Shown here piece by piece: positions 37,326-51,146 of a DNA stretch of 64,000 bases. The stretch's first letter is position 1. Every line of letters begins with the position of its first letter. Both the position numbers and the translations under genes were made by a program. The notes beneath the pieces are model-generated. The model made no database searches, was not told the DNA's origin, and saw only the letters and a list, made by a program, of their open reading frames with translations. This DNA comes from Paraphysomonas bandaiensis (lineage: Eukaryota > Protista > Chrysophyceae), in the NCBI GenBank assembly GCA_965644295.1, contig CBFFRP010000129.1:42598-106597 (forward strand), given 5' to 3'.

Positions 37326-38315
37326 ATGCCACTGTCAACAAAGATTACCCGCCTCTTTGGAATTAAGCATCCTGTTATTCAAGGAGGAATGCATTATGTT
37401 GGATATGCTCAGCTGGCTGCAGCTGTGGCGAATGCTGGTGGACTTGGACTCGTGACATCACTCACCCAGTCGACTCCAGAACTACTCGCTACGGAGATAG
37501 CGAATGCCAAATCAATGTTGAAACCAAATTGCGAAGGAAAGATTGGAGCCAATTTAACTATTTTACCAATGTTTAGCAAGGTAGATTATGGTGCATATGT
37601 TGATGTTATAATTGACAGTGGCATCGACATTGTTGAGACCGCCGGTAGGCCTCCAGGAGACTTCATTGCAAAGTTTAAGGAACATAACATAAAAATTATT
37701 CACAAGTGCGTAACCACTAGACATGCTCGCAGTGCAGAAAGAATGGGGGCTGATGCAATCTCATTGGATGGATTCGAGTGTGGTGGGCACCCTGGTGAGG
37801 AAGATATTGGCAATTTTGTTCTGCAGGCTATGGGGGCAAGGGAATTATCCGTACCCTATGTAGCTAGCGGAGGCATAGCAAATGGCAGACAATTAGCTGC
37901 TGCTCTAGCTCTCGGGGCAAGTGGGGTAAACTTGGGAACCAGATTCATGGCCACAAGAGAAGCTCCTGTGCATGATAATATCAAGGAAGCGCTTGTAAGT
38001 GGAGGATCGGGCAGCACTACCCTTGTCATGCGCAGTGTAAGGAACACTGAACGTGTTTTCAAAAATTCAGTTGCGCTCAAAGTACAAGAAATAGAACAAG
38101 TTCATCCTGGGGACTTTTCGAAGATACATGAATATGTGAAAGGAGAAAACTACCGTCGGAGCTTTCAAGAAACTGGTGATACAGAGTCGTCCGTATGGTC
38201 TTGTGGTACTGCTTTGGCTCTTATTGACGACATTCCGACATGTGAAGAGCTCATTAACTCCATTGTACGGGATGCTGAGGCTGCCATTAACGAATCTAGT
38301 TCTCAAATTGTGTAG
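37326..38315 (+). CDS. Nitronate monooxygenase / 2-nitropropane dioxygenase family flavoprotein
   Basis: 'PVIQGGM', 'AVANAGGLG', 'DGFECGGHPG', 'ASGGIANG', 'GVNLGTRF'; intronless. Confidence 0.92.
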   Translation: MPLSTKITRLFGIKHPVIQGGMHYVGYAQLAAAVANAGGLGLVTSLTQSTPELLATEIANAKSMLKPNCEGKIGANLTILPMFSKVDYGAYVDVIIDSGIDIVETAGRPPGDFIAKFKEHNIKIIHKCVTTRHARSAERMGADAISLDGFECGGHPGEEDIGNFVLQAMGARELSVPYVASGGIANGRQLAAALALGASGVNLGTRFMATREAPVHDNIKEALVSGGSGSTTLVMRSVRNTERVFKNSVALKVQEIEQVHPGDFSKIHEYVKGENYRRSFQETGDTESSVWSCGTALALIDDIPTCEELINSIVRDAEAAINESSSQIV

Positions 38316-39467
38316 TGTTAAGTATTATCTTAGGGCTATGGTAGTTCGAATCTCTATGTAAAGGCATGACAACGCTTTGCACTGTGTGGTAGTACTTCGT
38401 ACTTTATGTCTAAGCTGTAAGCCGTGGCTGCTTATACGTTATAAGTAGAAATTATCACGTACTCATTATTTTGGATATTGTATCATTAACGTCAAGCTGA
38501 AACCCACACCTGATAGAGCAAAAATTATCAAGAAAAATATATGCTCTCAACATTCGAAGAGAATCTATATTGTTAGTCAGTGTGCGTATAATCGAAAGAA
38601 ATATGACCCTGCTGTCCAGATAATGTGTATGCAACAGTGATCTACCGTGAAAAAGCTAGCATTCGTTTCTTGTGTTCATGGTACGCAGTGCTTACTTAAA
38701 ATATGGACATTTTATATTCCTCGCTCGAAACTCTTTTTCTCAAACAATTACATACGTACATACTATAGGCTATAGGCAGAAGTGTATGATGTTTAGGGAA
38801 TTTTTATTTACAAAAAATGTTTGAGTGAAGGAAATGGATATACAATCATTGCATATCTTAATCAGCAACTTGATGATAACAATGTGTCGTCTCAATACGT
38901 AATATGAACTACAAACAAATGTATTAATACTTATTTCAAGCGTATATAGTGTTCTTGGTTTTAATTGATACAAGGTCGACGCTATTGCATATGTACAAAT
39001 TTAACGGGAAGTATAACTAAAGCAGAACTTCAATACCTGCAAAAACCAGATTCAGTATTTCATAATGTGAAGACTGAATATAACACTCCAGTTGTGCCAT
39101 ACTGTTTTAAGGAAGTAAACAGCACTACGAACTTCAGGTCTGAAGAAGCCATAAAATTTTAGAGGTAGATATATGTAGTTGCCAATATAATAAATTATAC
39201 GGGAACTATCACACTTTCATGAATCGCAACTTATTCATGTTATCACGTTGCAGAAATGTCATTTCAGTCAATACTGGTCTTCAACAGGACTGCTTAAAAA
39301 AGCATCAACAAGGCCTAGTGACTATTCAATTCATCATTTCACAGCATGAGGAGATAGAATTAACCAACAGCAATAAAATGAACAACACGATATACAATCT
39401 GATTGGGTTTGAGATTAGAGATTAGCCCTCAGCATTGGAATGACAAAAACAAGTCCAAAAATTTGTA

Positions 39468-39540
39468 TGATTTCGGCCGGAATCGAACCGGCGACCTTGT
39501 CGGTGTGAACGACATGTGATAACCCCTACACCACGAAACC
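39468..39540 (-). tRNA. tRNA-Val(CAC)
   Basis: rc GGTTTCGTGGTGTAGGGGTTATCACA TGTCG TTCACAC CGACA AGGTC GCCGGTTCGATTCCGGC CGAAATCA folds as a cloverleaf. Confidence 0.95.
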
Positions 39541-39623
39541 GTACACTGAGTAACCAATGAAAATTATGTATTATATATCAGTGTATTAATGCCAGTTGGA
39601 GATAAAATAAAGAAAAAAAGAAC

Positions 39624-39695
39624 GGGGAAATCCGGGATTCGAACCCGGGACCTCTCGCACCCAAAGCGAGAATCATACCCCTAGACCAATTTCCC
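39624..39695 (-). tRNA. tRNA-Pro(TGG)
   Basis: rc GGGAAATTGGTCTAGGGGTATGATT CTCGC TTTGGGT GCGAG AGGT CCCGGGTTCGAATCCCGG ATTTCCCC folds as a cloverleaf. Confidence 0.95.
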
Positions 39696-40929
39696 AACTC
39701 ACATTAGTAGGGCTTAATTTTTATAAATATAAATGAAATTAATTGTACAGAACTGTGTATGATGATATCTTATTCAATACTGGTGATGGAGCACAAATAG
39801 TATTTGTCGCTAGACAACATATAATAATATCATGTTTAGCACAGGGTGTGACCACTGCTATAGATGATATCTATGTATGAGCCCAGTGATGGTGATGGCT
39901 CTGTCATATGTGTATTGAACTATAAGCGGAAAGGATACACTCTTCGTGAGGTATCGATACTACTAAAAGCGCTATATGTGTCCTGTGCGTGCAGTTACAC
40001 CGCTATTTTATATGATATGCGTTGATCTCGCCCGTACAGGACGCCTATGAATACCCCTGTATTCATGTATCTAGTTATTGCTACATTCAGAATCTTTCTC
40101 GAGATCCATAATAGAGATCAATTTCCATTTATTTTACATTCTACATCGCAGTTTGTTTATGCCGATACAGGAGTTTATTTGTTTTCTTCCACAATTTCTG
40201 CCATTGTTGTTAGTGAGTACTATTTGTGTATTGCAATTGAATGGTTCTGTGAGGAATATATCGCACCAAACGAAATTGTAAGTGGGAAATACAGTGCAAG
40301 TAGTCGTTTATATTTGATGATGGTTGTGAAAGTGTTCTTCCTCATATGTAGACAACTGAAACATATCGACGGAACACAAGTTGCAAGTGAGCTGTCCGGA
40401 AATAAGAAATAAGTTAACTTTGTCAATGATTACTTTCAGTTAAAGCACTCCCTATGTCATATATTTTTGAACCTAGTTAGTGGTTGTAGGGGATTTTACT
40501 ATTAACGTTTCGATTGGTCTCGTGAAAATAATATATGTCTCAAACTAGTTAAGTTCTAGTCCTAAAGTTAACTCGCATATAGCATCGTATTAGTGAACGA
40601 TGAGGTCAAAGCAGTAACTTCCAATGGACCTCAAATCGATCAATTCAGCATTGCTCACATGACGCACTCAGCAAACACAAAAGAAGGAAGAGATATATTG
40701 ACATAAGACTAGCAGGCTGTAAAACTTCGGGGTTGATGGAGAAATAGTAATATGATTCAATAGTGACGATGATAGTATATGTTGTCCTTTGATGATTAGC
40801 ATAGAATATTTTGCAATTATTGCTCATTATTATCCCACATATAAGACTGTCTGATTATTACATGAGAACGGTCGTGTACAGAAACTAACTCTAATAAAAG
40901 AACTTGCTATATACTACTAGTGGCGGGCA

Positions 40930-40980
40930 ACCGTCTCGGGACTGCTAGTGCATCGCTGCGAGCACCATGGTGCAACCGGA
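40930..40980 (-). mobile_element. Isolated diverged 3'-tail fragment of the LINE family
   Basis: tctcgggactgctagtgcatcgctgcgagcaccatggtgcaacc resembles the rc of the tail at 50820-50865. Confidence 0.6.
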
Positions 40981-41724
40981 ATCATTATTAACCCACAATA
41001 TATGTTGCAGTATTATATATTGGCTTCTATACCACACCACAATTTTCAATATGTTATAAATATAATATACTGCTTTGATCACAGACGTTTGCATTGTCTA
41101 CAACTACTAATAGTTGGGTAGAATAGTTTGTGTAGTTCGTTGCTGAGACACAAACTCTATCAAACACACCCCATAAATCAAAAGCTATGAATATATGTCG
41201 TCAAGCATTACAGATGAGATCCAGCGCTAGCCACTAAAATATTCTGTGAATGTTTCGGATTGCATTTGTAGACCAGTAAAATTAGCACTATCACATCCTA
41301 AACGTCGTCAATCAGATGGAATCCACTTACCAGGTACCGCCAATGGAGGGTAGCGGAAAACTTCCGAGGACATATTAAACCCACTCAAATATCCAGTCGT
41401 CACAGCAGATGTCCCAAATGTCATTGGAGACTCTATCACTGGAGACAACTTTTCACACACTTTAAAATTGACCTTTTGACCGGCTAACCGTGTACTTATT
41501 CATAACTAGAACCTAACGCAATTTCCACAACTCGCCGAATTAGTTTTTATGAATTCAACTCGAACCGCCACCTGCTGTACTACAAACATATATTAGTTCT
41601 ATAGTCTTATGGGAGAAACTACCAGCTATTGTGTGCATTAACTTTGAAAAAATCCTGGTTAAGCGGTATTAATGTAGATTTACTCGAGCACTCTTTTCTC
41701 TTTTCGTATACAGTATGAGTTCCC

Positions 41725-42784
41725 ACAGCGCATACTCAATGCAGCCCTGACATGGGACAAATCCTTCAGCAAAACAAACACATGGCCTAGACCTGGACAA
41801 TGCAACATGCTCCGACCGTGATTTTCGACTTCAGTTTCTCAAACATATGTGTCTTGATTGTCCACACGACTCCATCTCACAGATAAAAGAATCCACCTTT
41901 CAAAGATACAAGAAGAGACTCCGTGAGCTACAACGAGACCCAACCCTACCAACTTGTAGTGCTGCCATTCTCAAGTGGCTCTCCATCAGTGCCTGGAATA
42001 CCTCAATATACCGCAGGTTGAGCGATTATGGACGGGGACTATTACCGAGGTCCAGCGAGAAAGTGTGTTTGGCATGCAATACGACTGTGCTTTATTAAAC
42101 TCGTGAGGACTTCGTACTCTAGAAATAATAGCAGTTAGTTGTAAATCTTCTCCAGCCACTTTACGCTGCAGCCAAACAAATGATTCAAGATCGCAATCAT
42201 CGCTACACCCAAAGGACCACATATAGACTACACATCAGAAACGTAGCAAATCACGACGGAAACGTAGAGACTCACGACGGTGTAATGAGGAGAACTGCAC
42301 TAATAAGGCACTCACCCCACAAGTCTACCTCTCCCACAATCCCTGCACAAGTGGAAGCGCCACGGCGCAGCCTCCACCAGCTATTTCTTTGCCTCAGGCC
42401 TAACTCGCTGCACTCGACGGCAACCCAATCCACCCCCTCGTCCATGTATCTCAGGCTAGGTACACTCGACTCACTAATTCAGAATCCTGCAGAGCCCCCT
42501 CCAAGGGACATCCCTGACTAACCCCCCTACTTCAAGAACTCACGTCTATAGAGAACTTCTCCCTCATATACAAGAAAGAAAATGGTCACACCTTTATGCT
42601 TGCAGCGACGCACAAGCAGCTTCCGCAGCGTTAAAATAAAGTAGGATATGAGAATTTGTACTTGTTAGTTACAGGTAGAAGTCTATCTAGCTTGATTACT
42701 TTTAATCTACTAGCTACTTATTATCTGGTGCTGATTCTAAACGCATATTATTGCTAATAATAAGACTTTCATAATAATATATAC
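41725..42784 (+). mobile_element. 5'-truncated LINE, diverged subfamily, copy E, with 15-bp TSD
   Basis: acagtatgagttccc at 41710-41724 and 42785-42799; CCHC remnant 'CSDRDFRLQFLKHMCLDC'; shared tail. Confidence 0.85.
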
Positions 42785-42796
42785 ACAGTATGAGTT

Positions 42797-43190
42797 CCCT
42801 CAGCAAAGTCGGATTCGCATGTTTCTAAAACTATTCTGACGACGGACAAGAAGTAGTGCTGAAGAGAATGTCTCTGGAACTAGCGTGAGCCGTACATATA
42901 GACCTCAAATAGTGTTCTGCCCACGCAAATTCTAATGCTTGTGAAGTTCAAGGGACATCAATAAGTGTGACTTGTGTAGACGTCTTTGGGCCTCTTCAAG
43001 AGCATCCGGGATGAGTTTACCTTAAAAACAAAAAATCCTAAAGTCAACAGATGTCAGGTATATCAACATTCTGCTTGCTCACTGCGTTTTTTTAAGTGAT
43101 TGATAGCGAGAATGGTTGCAACTCTGTGCTTGCGACGACACACAAATAGTTCCCATAGCGTCAAACAATAGAATATTAGCATTAACATTT
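42797..43190 (+). mobile_element. Degenerate short element, copy F
   Basis: Begins ccctcagcaaagtcggattcgc; contains the gggacatcaataagtgtgacttgtgtagacgtctttggg block and the tail motif. Confidence 0.75.
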
Positions 43191-43619
43191 TATTAGAATA
43201 ATATTTCATTTTAGTAACTCCTTATACTTACAAGTCTACTGTCCAAAATTATCTTGCATAAGTTTGGACAGGACGAGTACCTGAAAATAAAAAAAGAATG
43301 TATGTATTATTCGACGATGTTGTAATAGTTGCATTGTCTTGACACACTAGATTTACTGCATCTAGTATTATTGGATGAGTAGCAGTTACGTCTTATTATT
43401 CTTTTATGCTACACCTAGTAGAACTGTATAATATATAATAGCATTTCTGAAGTCTAAAGCATGCATCATTCATTGCTTAAAGTAATCCTAAAAGAGTATA
43501 TTTTACATCGCCTTGTGCACAATGGTGCAACCAAGTACCATTACCCTCCAGCCATACAAATAACCGCATTTCGGTAAACATTATTACTCAAAAATATATA
43601 GCGCTCTACACAAATATGC

Positions 43620-44122
43620 TTAATATGCACATTTGGGTATAAAGTTGGCTAGATATTAGAGTAGTGAATTTCTTATTGTTAGCAATAGGCGTGTAAGAGT
43701 CAGAACTAATGTAGCAAAACAATTTATATAACTTGTGCTTAACTCTGATATCCGACTATTTGGCGGTACGAAAGCTCTTTGTGCATCACCGCAAGCTCCA
43801 AGGTGCAGCCACCTTTGCTCTCTGCCCTCAAGGTGAATAGCACGGACGCTTGACTTTACCTGGTTGCCCAATGCCCTGGTTACCCTTCAGGTGGGTCGAT
43901 TTCGGGATGCCTGTATATTCGTCAGGGCCCAGAGATGTCTACAAGTGACACTTATATAAGTGTCCATTGTACCACACAAAACACAAACTTTTGGCTATGA
44001 GTAGACAGAAAATTTTCTACTAACTATATTTGCGGCTCACGTTAGTTTTTTTTTCGGAGAAATATCCCCGGTACTTATCCCCCATAACACCACGAAGTGG
44101 TGGGACTCCGACTTTGTTGAGG
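43620..44122 (-). mobile_element. Short element, copy G
   Basis: Head ends ...ctccgactttgttgagg; tail variant shared with copies A, H and L. Confidence 0.85.
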
Positions 44123-44562
44123 TCTAGAGACTAAATACATAATACCGACAGCGATCTGTAATATGCGGTATCTTCAAAGTTATTTACATTGAAGGATGAT
44201 TCTCTTCATTACCTATAGTTGCTAGCGCTACGATATTTTGATGCACTATTGACTGAGGATATATTATTATGTGGAGTTAACGATTAACTAATTATATGTG
44301 TAGCGATGACCAACTTTTTCATCAGTAAATTTAAGTATTCCTGTTCGAGCTGAACACCTCCTACAGGCAACTAATACCCTGCTGTAGCAAGTAGTAATAG
44401 CAAAAACTGTTAGGGTTGAAAGAAATATTCGATGTATTTTCGATATAATATCGCTTTTATCGTCAGGAACAAATATCATTGTATTATTACAACATCATCG
44501 ACAACAATACAAAAATAGATGGGTACGCGCCAAACATATCCTTTTCTACATCTTTAAAGGTT

Positions 44563-45152
44563 CTACGGCAAGTGAAGTCGACGATCGTAAGACGGCAACC
44601 CGTGCTCAAAGCCCTCCCTGTACAAATTTTACATCTGCATGCAATCATACGAAAGACTTACCATCCAAAATACTTTCCTACCACATTATAAGTAGCATAC
44701 GTCCCCGGAATACAAGAACAAATCCCAATGATCATAAAAAGTACGAAGCCATTATCATTAATATGGCGAAGATAGAAAAAAGACGTTATCATCATTGCAA
44801 GTCCAAAGCTCAACAGGCAAACTGCCATACATGTCGTTTTCTTCCCAATTTTTCTAATCTTTTGCATCGGTGTAATCGATGTTGAATTTCTGAAATCAAT
44901 TGGAATGTGTGACTCTGTTTCATCATCTGGGTCACGATATTCATAGTCCAGTGTTCCAATTCCTTTCTTTTCAAGATCTGCATTTCGGTTTCCACTTTTT
45001 TTCATGGATTCTAAATAGGCCGCACTGGGCCTCTTGCTCATACTCTCTCGGATATCAGATGTCCGGTGGGTTTCTAATATCGATGATTTCATTTCTTCTT
45101 CCGTACTCACAGTACCCACTGTCATCGGGTTGTTGACGTCTGATGATGACAT
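44563..45152 (-). CDS. TMEM230/TMEM134-like (DUF872) two-TM protein, 2 exons
   Basis: Two TM helices with 'IPGTYA'; a 44-bp intron at 44618-44661 gives the C-terminus GW-EGFEHGLPSYD. Confidence 0.7.
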
Positions 45153-45693
45153 GTCACTGAGCTGTAGTTGTTATGAAGTATTAATGGATGTAATATATAT
45201 GTTAACGGCGGTTTAATGTAACAACTGAAAACTTGGACCTTCAAAGACGAACTTCTTACCACTCCATGAGTAGTGCAATTATAAGAGATCGTCGGAATGA
45301 GTGAATGAATGCTGATGTGCTGGTGTGTTAATGAGTATGCATGCATATGTACAGTACAGCAGTATACATCTATGTACGTATTTATATCCTCAGGTGAGAA
45401 CAGATTTTCGATGCCTGAACTTCGAAAATGGAGTTTTTGTGTCATGAAAACACCTTATTTTTAATAAGGTACCATAGAAAACACAGCTTTTCTGCACTAT
45501 AGCCAGAGGGCAGATTCTGTTGCTCATATGGTAGAGCAGGAATTCCTGCTACTATACAGCAGCATATCCAGCCGTATCTGTGTGTCGTACACATCAACCG
45601 TGAGCTCATAGTGTATGTGTAGTGGAGATAATTACACTGTCATCTTTCACCCCATCTACATACCCTACTACAATATGAACTGACATATATCCA

Positions 45694-47310
45694 ATGAAAT
45701 CTAGCACTCGTCACCCTCCCACAGCCCCCCCTCCTCTTACATCTGATGAGATGATGAGCATCAAGAAGAAGGTGGCCCCCCCGAAAGGCCCTCCTCCAGC
45801 TGGATTAGCTACATTTAAAGCACCAAGAAAATATGAGGATGATCGAGACAGATCTATGAGTGATAGTGATAATGAGTATGAAGAAGAGAGACACAGAAGA
45901 CGGCACAGCAATGAGAGGGATCGTGAGAATGGTCGAGATACATACAACACACACAGATATCATCAGGATCCGCATGATGCTAAAGATACGAGACATATGC
46001 AACATGAAATCGGTGAGGGAGAATTTAGAAGACGTGATGATGGAGAGTATAAGAAAATGCATCATCCCTCTAAGCATCAAGACAACATTTCGCACGTTGC
46101 TGACGACAAGTCCCAGTTATCTTCGAATAACGATAGTAAGGGCGTATTACATACTCGATTAGAATATTCTGACGAAAAGTTATCTTCAAGCCAAAAGAAA
46201 TCAGTGAATAAGCGAGATGGAGTGTTCAACTTTAGGCGCATACTGCGCACTTCTTTCAAGGAGCTCCGGAATTTCGTAAATACACCTTGTGATCCGAAAG
46301 TCGTCGTTCGGTGCTATATTGAAAGAAACAGAAGTGGGTCAAACTATATGTGCCCTCTTTATGTCCTCTGCGCAGATCTAGAGGATGGAACAGGGCGGGA
46401 GCTGATATCGTGTCGGAAGGTGCTGACATCACGCTCTGCGCACTACGTCTTCTCTCTTAAGTCTAGCGATCTATATCTCAAGCGTGAACAGCGCAGCCGA
46501 ATGTATCTTGGCAAGTTGAGATCAATCAGTAACACAGAATATGTCATGTTCGACAACGGCGAGACTGACATTCTTCGACGTGTGGAATCAAATGATAGTG
46601 CAGAGACCCAAGGGGATGTCGGGGAAATGTCTACTGTTCCTTCTATCCAGACGGTATCAAGTGGAGGTGAGGACACTCATCATGCTGCCCACTTAGCAGT
46701 TATTCAGTACAATACTCGGATACGGCCAGTTGAGTTAGGAGAACGTGGAATGGAGGTGTGTATTCCTGTTGTCTCCCCTGTTGCTCATTCCCCAGAAAAT
46801 GGATACTCAACTGCCCCTGTAATTGATAAGTCTGTCGATCTTGTCGAGTCCTTCCGTAAAATTCGTGAGAAGGGAAAGCAGAACGATTTATATGCATCTA
46901 AGTGCTTCGTCATGCATGAGAAACGCAGTCGGTACGACCCGCTGTCATCATGCCTTGTTGACTTTCAGGGTCGCGCCACTGTGGCCTCCGTCAAGAACTT
47001 CCAACTTATACACTCCTTGCCAACAAATGTATCGAAGGCTCATGCTCCAGAAGTGCGACATGAAGATGATATTCTATTTCAAATGGGAAAGGTGAGTGTA
47101 GAGTATTCCATCTATTTTGACTGTGCTTTGGCGTCGTAGTGAACTGATTACACTTTCTGTATAGATAACGGATGAGTGCTTCAACATGGACTTTAAGCAT
47201 CCCCTTAGTATGCTTCAGGCTTTTGCTATCGCAGTATCTAGGTTGGTATTTTTTTTCTCATAATTTTTGTTTACATGCTGCATAGGTTTGACGCGAAGCT
47301 AGCATGGTGA
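45694..47310 (+). CDS. Tubby-like protein, 3 exons
   Basis: 'VRCYIER', 'YLGKLRS', 'DFQGRATVASVKNFQL', then exons 'FNMDFKHPLSMLQAFAIAVS' and 'FDAKLAW'. Confidence 0.92.
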
Positions 47311-48047
47311 TAATTCAACGCTGTATAGGCATTTAATATATAATATTTTTAGGACATCTATGTTTTATTTTGCGTTTTATAGTTCTGTGCCGTACATATT
47401 TTCTTGTTATGAATATAATTAGATATGGTAGGACAGTGAAGTGGCCATGATACAGAATTGACGTATCGTTTATAATAATAGGCTCGTGCACGGATATTAC
47501 TTCGTTCGAATCTACTTATATTATAATTTACACTGACGTTACTGAATGACTGGCATACGTGGCTGAGAAGATGCTATATTTACACTCTCCGTGTTGCTAC
47601 TATTAAGATTCAAGCCACGACTGTACTCTGTACAGTAGTAATATACATTGTTGTTAGAGCAATTGTAACTCACTGTTAGGCCAAAATAATGATGGAAACG
47701 ACAAGCCATTGAAAAAACTCAATAATTGTTGATTATTGATCAAAATCACTGATTATTGACTATTGGTCATTTTCACAATTAAGATCGATAAGAGAAGTTT
47801 ATTGTAATCAAACTAGATATACTATTTTATTATATTGCATACACAATTGTGTGTGTTGTCATGTAAAACATGTCAACAACATGATAATTTATTTCGTTCG
47901 TGTCAACCACTGCCCAACTTCTGTATCTTGAATCGTCATGGTACAATACTTCAGTTATCTAGTCCTAACATTCAGTGTTTTTGTCAACAATATATATATA
48001 TGATGCCTAAAATATTAATCGACAACACATAATCGTTCGTATATCTC

Positions 48048-49108
48048 CCCTCAACTAAATCGGACTCGCACCGTTTCGTGGTATTCTAAAACATAACAGA
48101 AGTAGTACTTAATACTAATATCCTATTTAACACTACGGAAGCTGCTTGTGCGTCGCCGCATGCACCAAGAAGGTACAACCTGTAAAATAGATAGAATTGT
48201 TACTACGTTGCAATTAACAGAGGTATAACTTGAAAACTAAAACTTAACTCTTACTTAGTTATTTATTTCTATTTTGAGTTCTCTGTGGTATGATATATAT
48301 TATTTCATGGTGTTCTGGGGGATAAGTACCAAAAATATTTCTCCGGGAAACTAACGTAAGCCGCATAATAATATATAGTCAGCAGATAACGTTCTGCCAA
48401 CACTGTACTCATAGCCGAATGCTTGTGTGGCACAAGGGACACTAATATGAGTGTCACTTGTAGATGTCTTTAGGCCTTGACGAATATACGGTCATTCGGA
48501 AATGGGCTTATCTCAAGGGCATCCGGGGTATTGGACTGCCTACTGAAGTCAAGCATCCGGGTTGTTCACCTTCTTCTTGAGGACAGTGAGCGACAATGGT
48601 TGCACCTTGGAGCTTGTGGTGACGCACAAGCAGCTTTCGTAGTACTGAATAGTAGGATATCAGAGTTAAGCACTAGTAGTTAGTTAAATCTTTTTGCTAC
48701 ATTAGTCTGACTCTAAACGCCAATTGCTAATAATCATAAATTCACTACTCTAATATATCCAGCCAATACCCAAATGTGCATATTTCAGTAATACTCAAAG
48801 CATAGGCAGTGAGCAAGCAGAATGTTGATATATACCTGACATCTCCTGACCTCAGGATTTTTGAGTCCATAAGGCGAACAACCCGGAGGTTGACTTCAGC
48901 AGGCAGCCCAATTTATTTGTCGAAACCCAAAAAGACATCTGTACAAGTGACACTTATAATATTAGAGTCCCTTGTATCACACAAGCATTTGGCCATGAGT
49001 GGACAGAACGTTATTTATCTGCAACTCACGCTAGTTTTCCGGAGAAATATCTTCGGTACTTATCCCCCAGAACACCACCGAAAGGTGCGAGTCCGACTTT
49101 GTTGAGGG
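48048..49108. mobile_element. Nest of short-element fragments in both orientations (copies H)
   Basis: + head 48048-48087; - tail 48110-48180; + body and tail 48303-48790; - head 48807-49108. Confidence 0.8.
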
Positions 49109-49214
49109 TAAACGTTTTTGTAGCATAGGAAGAACTCAACATCTCAAGTAGGTATATGTAGCCCCTCCGTACTTTTCACATTATCTTCATGTATGTATGT
49201 GTTCAGCTTAATAA

Positions 49215-49980
49215 CATTGTTACCGAGGCTCAAATGGAAAGCGTTTTTGGAACACAATACAATTGCAACCTCAATTTGCGTGGACTACTACGTGACATTG
49301 ATGAAGCAGTTGTTACCCTCCTTCAACCGCAGCCAAACAAATGCTCCAAGATCGTAGTGAGTGTCATGCTGTCAACCCAACGGGGTCACACAGCGATGTG
49401 GAACATACATGGCGGAATCCACAGTTTCCCCCCAGCTTGCGTCTAACATCATGCGGCAGCACCCAGCGGAAGCCGCAGGTTCTATGCTTACTACGTGTAA
49501 AGCGCACCTCCGGTCGTCTTCTTCTTCCACCATCCCCGCCTCAGCAGAGATGCCACGATGCCAACTCCGTCAGCTACTCCTCTGCCCCAGGCCCAACTCG
49601 CAGCTGGAACCTTTCAAAGACACGCAGGGGTCCCAATCCATCCCCTCGTCCATGTATCTCAGGTTAGGAACCATCGACTCTCCCTGATACAGAATCCTCT
49701 TCCACGAAGTCCCGAGGGGCCCTACCCCAAGGGGCGTCCCCCTGACAAATCCTTTTGTCTCTCAAGGACTAACGTTCACACATACAAGAACGGAAGTGGT
49801 CGCACCTTGGTGTTTACGGCGACGCACAAGCAGCTTCTGTAGAGTTACATAGAAGGATATAAGAATAGTGCTAGGTAGTTACAGGTAGCGGTCGATCTAG
49901 CTTGACTAGTTTTCATCTAGCTACTTTTATCAGGTGTTGGATTCTTAATTCTTGACGCCTATAGGTAATAATAAGACTCT
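49215..49980 (+). mobile_element. LINE 3' fragment, copy I
   Basis: Similar to copy E; ORF ends ...GRPPD and is followed by the tail gaacggaagtggtcgcacc...taataagact. Confidence 0.75.
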
Positions 49981-50139
49981 TACACATTAATAACATTGTT
50001 ACATTTCTTTTATGGAAATACATTATGTTCAACAAAGCATGTTTACGGTTGTCATGTGATGCTTTGCAAGAGGTAAATCGCTGCAATGGAGTACGAAGTC
50101 TGAAGTTTCATCAATTGTTAGCGCAATGAATAATGAATA

Positions 50140-50868
50140 CCATGCCACGGTATGTGCACAATATATTTATCCACGCACAACAAACTCAGCTTACCAAGCT
50201 CCATGAGAAACGACAACCCATCCCCTGGCTACACAATGCCCTACGTAGACTCGCGAGGGCTGCTTGGGATCCCGACACACCTCAAGTTGAGAGATACTGG
50301 ACTGGCCAACTAACAGCCTCGCAACTGGCTAACGCTTTCGGCCACAACATTTCCACCTCGCTACTTGATCACCAGTTCCACAAGCTCGAAAAATCAGTCA
50401 CCAAAATTCTGCTCCCTCTCTACAATGGAGGACTAAACATGCTCAAAAACAGAGGCTGTAGGTTTCACAGACTCGACGCGACAACAATGACACCACCCTC
50501 GGCTAACGCCAGCTCACAACCACACCACACACACTCCGCCACCAACCCGACGATCCTCCAGCTACTTAAAGTAACATCCACCCCCAGAGCCGTGCCCCCC
50601 AAGAGACCTCGTCCCCAACGCGGGCCTGCCAACCCGATCCGGAGGCAGACGACACTCATTCCCGACAGAATTCCAACCACAACTAGTGAACACAAAACCC
50701 CCGCTGACACACATTCACAGAATGGCACGTCACCCCCCTCCCCCCGGCTCGCACACGGAACTGGACCACCAGACACACTACCCAAAGGAAGACCACCTGA
50801 CTAAACGTAAAACAAGGGATGGTTGCACCAAGGTGCTTGCAGCAATGCACAAGCAGTCCCGAGACAAC
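50140..50868 (+). mobile_element. LINE 3' fragment of a distant subfamily, copy J
   Basis: 'WDPDTPQVERYWTGQLT..Q....FG' is homologous to copy B; ORF ends GRPPD*; tail ggttgcaccaaggtgcttgcagcaatgcacaagcag. Confidence 0.75.
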
Positions 50869-51146
50869 TGAGCATTTCGTAATCTGTGTTATCACTAGTC
50901 TAGAATAATAGATAGACAAATGCAACAAGTTCTCTCATGTAATAATCAGATCTTTTATATGCACAATATATTTATATCAACGTTTTTATTGATCGCAGAA
51001 AGAAAAACACTAATGAATTATTCATTACAGCTATTCTATTCAACAACTATTAACACGATTACCGCAACAACTTTCAACAGGGTTATGTACGAATATAATC
51101 TGCGAATTTCGGCTGAACAACCAGTTTATAAAACGAAATGTACGGC

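Noticed and set aside
37326-38315. Recent bacterial horizontal transfer of NMO
   Set aside because: The family is common in eukaryotes and other genes here are also intronless; it cannot be supported without a phylogeny.
40047-40412. 121-aa hydrophobic ORF
   Set aside because: AT-rich intergenic composition with no motif or splice support.
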